Below, piece after piece: positions 8,726-19,100 of a stretch of 64,000 nucleotides of DNA. The stretch spans positions 368-64,367 of IMG/VR virus record IMGVR_UViG_3300018080_000180; one strand, 5' to 3'. Positions within the stretch are counted from its first letter, which is position 1, and every line of letters begins with the position of its first letter. Under the pieces are notes generated by a model. That model saw only the letters and a program-made list of their open reading frames with translations, searched no databases and was not told where the DNA came from. This DNA is from a virus. Lineage: Duplodnaviria > Caudoviricetes. The translations under genes were made by a program, and so were the position numbers.

Positions 8726-8756
8726 ATTATACATTGATTTTCAATTGAAAGTCAAT
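8726..8756 (-). promoter_or_regulatory. Promoter with ATTGA-N3-TCAATTG operator
   Basis: TTGACT-18-TATAAT. Confidence 0.85.
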
Positions 8757-8767
8757 AGGTTTATACG

Positions 8768-8795
8768 AAAAAAAGCCCCGGGAATCCCGAGGCTC
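8768..8795 (-). terminator. Intrinsic terminator ending the late/lysis operon
   Basis: AGCCTCGGG-ATT-CCCGGGGCT followed by T-tract. Confidence 0.85.
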
Positions 8796-8820
8796 ATAAC
8801 ACATTGATTTTTATGGAGTA

Positions 8821-9807
8821 CTAAACGCAGTCAATTCTGTGAAAATCGTCCCGTTCGCAGAAATGAGTGATCAAAGCATGCGGAGACGGCGGCCTCTTGT
8901 CCCATTGTTTCGGATAATCCTTGAGTCCGTACCGTTTACAAACAGTAAATACATTTTCACTGCAGAAGTCACGCTTGGGGTTCTGTCGAACCCACGGGAA
9001 CCATCGACGTACCGCCGGCACGAAGGGCAGTAACCCACGCCAGTCATACTTCCTGCGGTTGCGACGCAGACGGGCAAGGTGCGCCTGTGCTGCATAGCGC
9101 ACCTCTTCATCGTCAAACCCGTCCCACCGCCACACTGAGTGCATCCTGTCCCAGCGTTTCTTGTATTTGTCAAACGAGCTTTCGACGAATCCACGAGGTG
9201 TCGCCTCCGATGCGAAGTACTGCCCGTGATCTTCGGTGGCAAATCCGGTATGTGTCGGGATGTCCATATCAAACATCTTGTGGATCCCGTTGACAGTCAT
9301 TCGGATAATCGCACCACTTGGCTTTGCGCTGGTGGTAAAGAAGACGTCCGTGCCGCGCATCTTGTCAGGGCGCACCGGGAGCTTCTTGTCGATCACCACG
9401 GGCGCCTCTACCGGGACCGTGGTGTTTACGTAGACCTTGATCATCTCCTGCCGCTGCAGGGTGTCATCGAGAGCCTTGCGGAGCTTGGAAGCCGTAGTCC
9501 CGATTGTCACGATACAACCGAGAGATCCGCCCTTCCCGCCGTCCGGGTGAATGAGATAGTGGGACCACTCTCCCTCGGGGGTCCACATCCGGATCTTCCA
9601 GCCTTCACCCTCTTCGACCACCATCCCGGGTTCGGTCGTATCCACCGACGGCTCCCGAATCGTCCACACTCCGGGGCGAATGACGTTGACCAGCTCGCCA
9701 TCGGTGTTGATACTTCCACTGCGACAGTCGAACGAAAGCCCCTCCATGCAAATGAGCTTACCGAAGCCACGCTCGTCGTATTTAAACTGGATATACTTTT
9801 CCTTCAT
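8821..9807 (-). CDS. Putative endolysin: YkuD/L,D-transpeptidase-like domain + permuted papain-like (YiiX/NlpC-P60) domain
   Basis: YLIHPDGGKGGSLGCIV; PTHTGF...YDWRGL...FCSENV; next to holin-like gene. Confidence 0.65.
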   Translation of the reverse strand: MKEKYIQFKYDERGFGKLICMEGLSFDCRSGSINTDGELVNVIRPGVWTIREPSVDTTEPGMVVEEGEGWKIRMWTPEGEWSHYLIHPDGGKGGSLGCIVTIGTTASKLRKALDDTLQRQEMIKVYVNTTVPVEAPVVIDKKLPVRPDKMRGTDVFFTTSAKPSGAIIRMTVNGIHKMFDMDIPTHTGFATEDHGQYFASEATPRGFVESSFDKYKKRWDRMHSVWRWDGFDDEEVRYAAQAHLARLRRNRRKYDWRGLLPFVPAVRRWFPWVRQNPKRDFCSENVFTVCKRYGLKDYPKQWDKRPPSPHALITHFCERDDFHRIDCV

Positions 9808-10133
9808 TACTGCCCTCCCCTGCTCGCAAAGAAGATGATAACACCAATGACAATCTGGATCACGGTCAACCCAACACCGAGGGCAACGGCAGAAACCTTT
9901 ACCCCTGCCTTCATCTCGTTCTGGCCAATGGCGAGGTGGTTAATGTTGGTTGTCTGGGTGTCTACAGCGGCAAATATCTTGCCTATGCTTTCCTTGACTT
10001 CCACAACTCCCCCCTTGAGGTTTTCCAATTCTACGCTTTTTGCTGCATCGCATTTTCCAAACCTAAGAGCAAGGTCGTTAACCTTTGAACCGAGATTGTT
10101 TAAGTCAGACTCTGTTGCGAATTCGGCCATCAC
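9807..10133 (-). CDS. Holin-like membrane protein
   Basis: Coiled coil plus C-terminal TM helix. Confidence 0.55.
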   Translation of the reverse strand: MMAEFATESDLNNLGSKVNDLALRFGKCDAAKSVELENLKGGVVEVKESIGKIFAAVDTQTTNINHLAIGQNEMKAGVKVSAVALGVGLTVIQIVIGVIIFFASRGGQ

Positions 10134-13100
10134 TGTCCTCTCTTCGATTTAATAACAGCTTCACGGTGCTTCTTCCATAACTTCTTGTACAGCTCCCACT
10201 CTTCGTCAACCTTGACAATGCTTGGATGCTTGCTCCAGTTGGCCTTTTCTTGCGGCGTGAGGTTCTTGTACGCCGCCTCCCTGCGTCTGGCAAACTGGTT
10301 CTGCATGCCTCCAGAGTACAGTGCATTGTACCCAAACTTCAGCTTGCTTGCCGGCAGCTCCTTGGGTTTCTCCAGCAGTCTACCGGAGAAATACTCATTG
10401 ATCTGTTTGACGTTCTCCGAGGGGTCGTCTATACCAGCATTGAACGCCTCGGCCTTGAACGCTTTGCGCCGGTCCTTCGGCAGCTGCTCGTACCAGTTTT
10501 TGAAGATGAGGCGCTCGCGCCAGCTTCCGGGCTTCTTCAGCCGGCTGGTCATGGCACCCTTGAGTGACACGTCTTCCAGAGTCGACTTCGGATACAGGAG
10601 GTTTGCCATCCCCTCTCCCTTGGCAGCCCTGAAGGCCCCCTCGACGGCCCGGATAGCCATGGATGCCGGCAGCCTCGTTGCGATGGCACTTACCTGCGCC
10701 CCGGCCTTAAGCGCCTTCTGGGCGGCTTTCCGGCGCTCTGTGGGCGTCTGAGCCTGAGCAAGATCGGCTACACCACCCATGAACCTGCCGGCGGTTCCGA
10801 ACACCTCGAAGGCCGTGGGGGTCACGTCGAACCCGTAGTCCCTGATAGGCTTCTGGCCCCGCATCTCTCGGATCCGGTTGCGAGCGTTGGCCATCATGGA
10901 GTTAATGCCCTCGCCAACCACCGGGAGGGTTCCGGTAACGCCGTTGACGGCGTACATCATCAGCCCCTCTGGGTCCTGCAGCAGGCGCTTTGGGTTGTAC
11001 CATGCGCCAGTGTCGATCGCGTAGATCCACATCGCTGCGGCCATCTGGGCGAAGAACATCTTCACAGCCATCTTCATCACCTCGTCGGGGGGCGCCGATG
11101 CCGACTTGGCCGCCATCCCGATCATGGCCCACATATTCGCGTTCTGGTTGATCTGGTTCTTGAATGCAGTGAAGGCACCAACGACCCCTCGATCGCGGAA
11201 GGCTTCTGGCAGATTCACCAGCGAGCTCTCAGGCTGTGTCCTGCGGATGAGCATGTCAGCCTCGCGCACTGCCCGGGACTGGTTGCCGTGCTTCTTCATA
11301 CCGTCATCGAACTTGGCCAGCCATATCGACACGACGGCGGCCTCGTCGAACGCCCGTATCCCCGCCATGGAAGCATCCGCCAGCTGGGTCATCGCGGGAC
11401 CGAAGCCAAACGCCTTCTTGACTTCCCGGGATTCCTGCAACTCCCTGAGCGTCCGCTCCACGTTTCCGTTGCGGGTCTTCATGTATTCGCTCAGCCCGTA
11501 GACCATCTTCTGCATGTTCTTCCAGCCACCCGTGGTGTACTGGGCGAACCGCTGGGTCACGAGGCCGGGAGAGACGAAAGGCATCGCGCCCGTCATCGAC
11601 GCGAGCTGCTTGGCCATGACGCGCACGTTGAGCCCGAGGGCATACACGCCGTAGTTCCGGCGAATAAAGTCAGCCCATGTGTTGAGGGCATTACTGTTGA
11701 TATTGGATGGGCGACCAGCAATCATATCCTGATGCCAGCGCCACATCGTCTTGTACGCTGCCTCGCTCCGAGTCTGGATCGCCCGGGAGACAGGGTCGTA
11801 ATCGAGAATGCGCCGTGTTGTGTTGATCGTTTCCTCGAAGGCAATGTAGTGCTCGACGTCCCTCATGTGGGCAAAGACAGTCCGAAAGAAGTCGTAGTCC
11901 CGGAACGCAGCCTCGCTCTTCACACGACCCTTGGTGAACTTACGATCGAGGCCGATCGGCCGAGTGGAGTAGCGCTGCATCAGATCGATCATCACAGGGC
12001 TCTCGGCACGCTTGCGATCGAGACGCATGATCGGGAAGTACCGATCGGACTTCGGCATCTCGACTCCGTATACCTTTTTAAAGACCTCGTTCACCCGGGG
12101 GTAAACGTCGGTGTCGTAGAAGTCAATGAGCCGGTCGACCGCATCCTTCACCTCCTGAGGGAGGGCGTCGGTGATGGTCTGGACAGCATCATCGGTGTAA
12201 CCACTTCCATACAGGTGGCGCAGGTTGTCCTCATTCTGCGAGTTTGCATAAACGAACATGGCCTGATTCGCGCTCAGCTTCCGCTGGTACGGGATCCCGG
12301 TATCCATGTCATACACTGTCACCTCGAAGTCATCGAACTTCTGGTACATCCGGCGCAAATCCAGACCTTTGAAGATCTCGGCAACCTTGTCCTGATGTGC
12401 CTTGGCAGCGATGCTCTCCTCGATGGCCTTCTGGCGGATTGGTTCATACACGAACCGGGACAGCGCTCCGGGTTTCTGTCCGAGCATCTGGAAATTCCCG
12501 GTCGCCCATTCCATAAGCAACTCAGGACGAACCTGCTGCCAGCCAAAGAAGCGGCCGATCTCTCCGAGCGACTTCATCAGGCCCCGGGTCTCATCGTCGA
12601 ATGCCCGGGCAGCCCTGCGCTCGATGGCCGCCTGCGAGGTCACCTTACGGACCCCGGCAACCACCGCCTGACGCTTGGCGTTAACCTGTTTCATCTCACG
12701 ATCGACCTGACGCTTGCGCTCGCTACGGCCAGTAGTGTAAATCAGGCGCATCTCTTCACTCACACGACGCAGCTGGGCGGCCGACATCTGGTCAAGGCGA
12801 GGAGAGGTGTTCTGAATAACGAAGGCCTTCTCCTCCGGAGTCAGCTCGACATCCTCAGGGCCGTTGATCTTGTCGTAGATCCGAACAAACTCAGCTTCGG
12901 CCTCAGTGATCGGATTACCCTGTGCGACCTGCGACTTAATCTGGTCGAGATTCAGGCGCGGCCGAGTATCATCGAATGCATCCATGAGAGCTTCGAGCTC
13001 AGCTGCGGCCTCCGGGGTAAACACCGATGACTTGCGCTTTCCGGCTTTCACTGCATCGATCATGCTGCGATACCGCTTGATCCGATCCTTTGCCTTTTTG

Positions 13101-16100
13101 TAAAGCATGCGCCTGAGGTTGTTCTGCACGCGCTGGTCAATCAGGTCCAGCACCTTGTTGAACATATATGGCGTCTTTACCCTTTTAATAAGGGGGTAGA
13201 TATCCCGAGGGTAACCCACCTGTCGCGCATAAAGAGAAAGGGTCCGTGCGATATCCTCGCGCAGCTCAGCTTTTTTCTCGGCGAGCTCAGCCTTGGTCAT
13301 CTCCCGAAAAGCAATAAGGTATTTATCGATCGCCATGGCTGACCCGGCACGCATTCGCAGCGTTTCCTCGTCCTGCAGGGCACGCAGCCGTGTCCGGGCT
13401 TCCTGTAGGTACTCGTATTCCTCTTTAATACGATACTTCGAAGCAACCAGATCCGCAGGGCGCACCGGGATCCGCTTAACGACAGCGGAGAGTCCACGGC
13501 GCTTCTTCGAGAACGTAAGGCCTGCACCCTTCACTGCCTCGGCTACAGCGTCCTCTCGATTACCGGCGGCTGTACTATACTCAATGAACGGCACTCCGGC
13601 ATTTCTAAGAATCCGGTCAACCATCGGAAAGCGATTATCAGGAACAATAGCGAGCTTCGCTTCCCCGATCATTACAGGGCGCGACATCTTTACTTCAAAG
13701 TAGTGCTTCGGCATCTCCCGAATGAGGTTGGCCATGTCAACGATGTGTTCAACCAGATTGTCAGGAAGCCCCTGAAACCCGATCTCCTGCGCTATCCTGC
13801 GGACATCCTCATTACCACGACCGTTTTCGTCATAGTATCGCGCAACAAGTCCATGCAGCGTGGCCGAAGACTTCTGGGCATACGGCTCGATATCGGTCAT
13901 CAGCTTGCTATGAAGCAGCGACGCAAGTCCTACCCCGGTATATGGCTCCCGCTCCATGCCACCGGCCTCATACCTGCTAATGACGCTCTTCCAGTCACTA
14001 AGGCGTTCGCGGGATCTCCCGGTAAGATACCCATATTTTTGCTCTATCCCCTCCATCTCAGCAGATCGCGGATCCTGCCGGGACATTGCTTCGTGGTGGG
14101 CCTGCAGTGTGGCCGGAACCGTCTCTCCGCGAAGAACCATTTCGCCAACACCATACAGCTCGTCAGCGAGCATCCCAAGCCAGTCACGGTATTCGCCATA
14201 GCGACCGTTCATTAAATAATGCAGCTTCCCGCTGGCCCTTTCGTTTGTTTCGCTTATAAAGAGAGACTGTAATCCAACATCCCCCATGGCAAAATCAAAA
14301 AAGAGATCCCGATCCTCTTCTTTCATTATTTCAGCAGAATCGCGAGAGATTATTCCATCATCTGCAGGAAAAAATTTCTTGACCGCCTCTTCGATTTTTC
14401 GGGCAGTCGCTCTGGCAACCTGTCTGTTCGGCCTGTAAGCAACATCCATAATGCGCCGTGCCGTGTAGGCATCTCCGTTGTAAACGAAGTCGATAGACGG
14501 CTGAACGGTTTCCTGCGGAAATACCAAAGAAATCCCGCCGAACTCCTTCAGCGGACTCTTGGTTGAAGCAATTGCGATAGACACCGCCGGAATCCCGCCG
14601 ATCGAGTTGATGCGTTCGAGGCTTTCCTCGGCAAGGTTGTGAACAATGTAAAGGTCTTTCTGCTTTGACCCGGGCAGCTTCTTTTTCGAAAGCGTCTCCC
14701 GTGTCGGGCGCCCGAGCAACGTCTCGTCATAGACGGCGTAGTTGGTGGTAGCTGGACCATCAGATTCGAATGCGCCGGCAATTCCAACACCAGCCAGAGC
14801 GTCAGATGCGGCGATATTGGATTCGAGGATCCGGGCAACAGTGCGATAAATATCACCACCAGTAACGAAGCCGCCGAGCTGTGCCTTGGTTGCCGAGATA
14901 ATGCTATCATAGGCCTCGGGATCAGGAACCGCCTGCCGGCCAAGATCGATCATCTCCTGAGATTCGGGGTTGTTCCAGTCAAGAAAGTTCCCGTTCTCAA
15001 TGGCCAACTCAGCGGTGTACAGATACGAGGTGCTCTGGACCTGCACACGGTTCTCTTTGATGAGATCTACCAGCTCTTTTAGCTGCTCTTTACGGAAGGG
15101 GTGATCACCCGGGTAGGTCATACCCTTCGCCATCTCATCGATTTCCTCGCCACGCCGCCACGCTCGAACCATGTTGGCAACCCCGATGCTGTCAAACATC
15201 GGCCAACGTCGATTCATCCCGTCAACGGTGAATCTATAGCCACCGAGCTCCTGAGCGTACCATACAGCATTGCCACGGACGTCAGTAACATAGGTGGCCG
15301 CACCCATGGCAGAGATCCCCGAGGCGCGTCCAGCGTTGTTGCGATAGTCGAAGTCGTCGTACTGGGATCCAGACCCGTGATAAACCTTCTTGCTGAAAGC
15401 AAGAACCGGATCGTTGCGGTCAGCTTCAGTGATTTTCGACTCGTACCATGTATTACCCTGCTCATCAGTAACAGGAGTAACATCTGAGCGAAGCCTCCTG
15501 AAAGCTTTCAATGCACCTGACTTATAATTACGAAGTACCTCTTGCGCAGACTTGTGGATCTTTGTTAAATCATAACCACCCCCTATCGGGGTGTCGCCAG
15601 TACGAAACCTTACATGAAAGGTCTGAATTGGAAACGGCTCATTTTCCGAGACCCCCATAATGTACCTTGCGTTGTTTACAAAGTCAGCCACCTGCTTTTT
15701 CTTTTGATCTGAAAGCTGCCTGTATTTATCCGCAAACCTTGAACTGGTTGTCCACACAAGGAAGTGCTGGTCACCCTCATCTATTCCACTTTTGTCAACA
15801 GACAGGATAAGGTCGCGCCTGCCACTCCTCCTGTGCTCAAGAGTTGCCCCGGGCTTCGCCTTTTTCAGGATCTCATCGCTGCTTTGATCTGAGCCACCTA
15901 TTGCAAAAAGTTCATGCTGCGCACGAACGTCTGCTTCTTTTTTTACGAACCCCTCGACAAGAGCCAACGTCTCCTCGGTTGGCATCCGAATCGTCTCGTA
16001 CCCACGCACCGCAGCCACCTTGATCGCCTCGCGCACCATGCGCTGGGGCCAGAGCTTGTGATAGGCTTCCGTTTGAGTGCGGAGGATAGACGGAAACGTC

Positions 16101-19100
16101 TTGAACCTTTTCGGGACCATCTGGTACAGCTGTTGAACAACACCATATTTATAATTCAGATCGGCGGGGGCTGATTCTGTGGCAGCCTGATACAGGCCGG
16201 CGTGCATTATTTCTTTGTACCAGTCGGTTTTATAAAAATCATGAAAGTGTCCGGTATGTGGACGAAAGTCAAGAGAGTCCAAAACACGACGAGCGGTCTC
16301 TTTTTCGTTTAATCCAATCATGTCGTCTTCTGACATCGACCCTACTTCAGCGTCGATTGCATCGATAATCTTTTGTGGCTCCCCCTCGCCGACAGGCTTT
16401 TCTTCGCGTTCCTCTTCGGACCAGTCAACAAACTCATTAATGGCTTCAACATCATAATGCTGAAACAGATCTGACTGGATCTCCATAATGTTGAATGCAT
16501 TGCCGATTGGAGCAACCCGCAGGTGGCCAAACAGACCGACCCTGTCGCTGGTGTCTTCTGCGGCGGCTTCCGCCTCATCGATCCACGTATACGCCGCCTC
16601 CTTGGACCCAAAGACGCCAAGAACCTTCTCCTTGTTCTTTTTGTCAACAACCGCATAACTCGGAGGCGCCCAATCCTGAACCTTGAACCCTTCTACTATT
16701 TCATACTCAGGAAAAAGCTCTTTTGACAGCTCCATGTACTGGTCTGTCCAATGTCCAGCCTGCCCATGATAATACGGAGCATTGAAAATGATCGACTCGC
16801 CTTTCGCCAAGCCGGAGTACCCAAGCTCGGGGACGCCATACTTTACTTCGTACTCTCCACCAGTGGAACTGATGCGAGTAAGCGGGATAAGCTCGGTATT
16901 TACCTCGCGCTTCAGCTGTTCAAGATCGATTTTCTTCTCACCCTTGTGATACTTGTCAAGCACAAAGCTGACGACATCGGCCTCGATCGGTTTCACTTCC
17001 TTGCTTTTCAGCAGACTGTCCATCTGACCACGACTGACCATATCCTTGCCAACAAGCTCCCGACGCAAGAATACAGAGGTGGTAAGGAACGGCTTGGTGT
17101 CCTCTACCACAACCTTTTTCGAAAGTGTTGCTATTTTTCCGGCTCTTCGGTCTGCGTCATATCGCTGGCGGATTGCTTCTGCTTGAGGGCCGTATCGATT
17201 AACGATGGACTCAGTGAGTCTGCCGAGGACTTTTTCATTGTACTGATCGTCGCCCCTTCCCGATATATCGGGGCGTCCTTCGGATACGAGCCGTGAAATG
17301 TAGCTGGAGCCATCTGGGTTCTCCTTCCAGTCATTGTCGAAATATCCGCCGTCACTGTTGAACCTCCACGTATCAACCTTCTCAACCGGATACGCATTGT
17401 CGATCACAGGAGCGATCGCCCTGTGGAAGTCAGCATTCGACAGTTCTCCGAACGTAAAGTTTATGATCCGGGCGCCGGATGAGTGCCCGATAATTCCAAT
17501 GCTGTTAGCGTACTTCGGCATGGCAGCCATGACCGAGTGCTGCAATGCCAGTGACTGCTCTTCATCGAACGGTCTGCCGGTCAGAACCTCGATGCCGTTG
17601 TTATTGGCAGCATCGACGCCCCCGTAGATCGGGTAGTGGTATGCCACGGCGTCCTGCTTATAGATATAGCCGAATGCGTTTGCAGCTGCATCGAGCTTCG
17701 CGGCGACGGCCTTGTCGATCTGCTTAGATCCCTCGGTAACACCGAGGAGTGCGAGCGCCTGCTGTGATGGATTGCTCGCCAACTCCCATGCGCCGGCCGT
17801 GGTGAACTGGGTTGCCAGTGGAAGCTCCAGCATGTCGAAGATCGCGTTGGTTCCCCGTGGAGTCTGGACCATCTGCATGAGGTCGCGATGAAGTCGCGCC
17901 TTGTCCTCATAAGCCATCTTGGTCATCCATGCGTACTCGCCGCTGGTTGTCGGGATGGTCTCGTAGGAGAAAAACGACAGGCGCTCGCCGATACGCCGTG
18001 CAAAGTCGTCAAGCTCAAGCGTATTGGGATCAGGAAACTCCATTCGCTCGTGCATACGCTTTAAGATTTTGATCCACGAATCATTATCGTAGTCAATCTC
18101 CACACCATTGCGCACTATCTTGGTAAGCTCGCCCGGAGCAAAGCTGCGAATAACATCGTTGTACTTGTCATTCCACGCCTGCCGGAACGAGCACCAGATC
18201 GATGCCTGTAGCTGGTCGTTCGAAAGGTTGAGACGCTTCGCCAGCATTCGCATCTCTTTCTGGAGACGGCGCTGAAGCGTGGCGCTTTGAGAGCGCTGCG
18301 GAGTAACACCGAACGCTCGATAAATCCATGTGTCCATGACGGCATCGTAGTCGCCCGGGAAGTCGCTTGACAGGTAGCTGATGAGAGTCTGGTCAAACGG
18401 GGTTACCTTGGGTCCGGTAGCCACCTCGGCAGCCGACGCGCCACGAATCAGCTGCTTGACCTTGTTGCTAACACTGCGATTCTTGCCAAACATTCTGCCA
18501 GCCAAAGCTCGCTCGAAATCCTGAACATCCATGGCGCTGGTCTCGCCAAGAAACTCGATAACATCAAAAACGTAGTCAGTGTTTTTTGCCACTGAAGTCT
18601 GGGGGCTGGTGACAGCTGCCACGTTCATGTACAGCTCTGCCTTGACGGGATCGCCGCCGGCAAGGTACATGGCAGCACGGCTGCTGGAACGATACCAGTT
18701 CTTGAAATCCTTCCCCGCCTCGGCATAGCCGGCAAGATCCTGCACGAGCTTACGCATCTGGCTTGGGTTCCCGATAATCACCCCGGCGCTTTCGAAAATT
18801 TCTTGCTCGCGGGTAGCCTTACGAGGTTTTGACAGTGTGGGTTTCTGCTTGGCTATCTTGGCAACTCTTTCGGCGATACCCGGGCGCTGCTTCGACATGG
18901 CTTCGAGGATCTGCCGACGCAGCTCGATCGCGCCCTTGGGGTCGAGGTAGCGGGAGTGTTCCTTCGGTGCTTTCTTTACTGCAGCAATGATATCACCGAC
19001 CATCCGCAGGATCTTCCTGAGGACCTTCGGGGCCTTGTCAGCAAGAGTATAGAAGACGCCCCGGGCGGTCCCGATGTCTCCGGAGATATCGGCCAGCAGC

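Noticed and set aside
17131-17397. Second nested +1 ORF in the giant gene
   Set aside because: No clear promoter or well-spaced SD; low-complexity product
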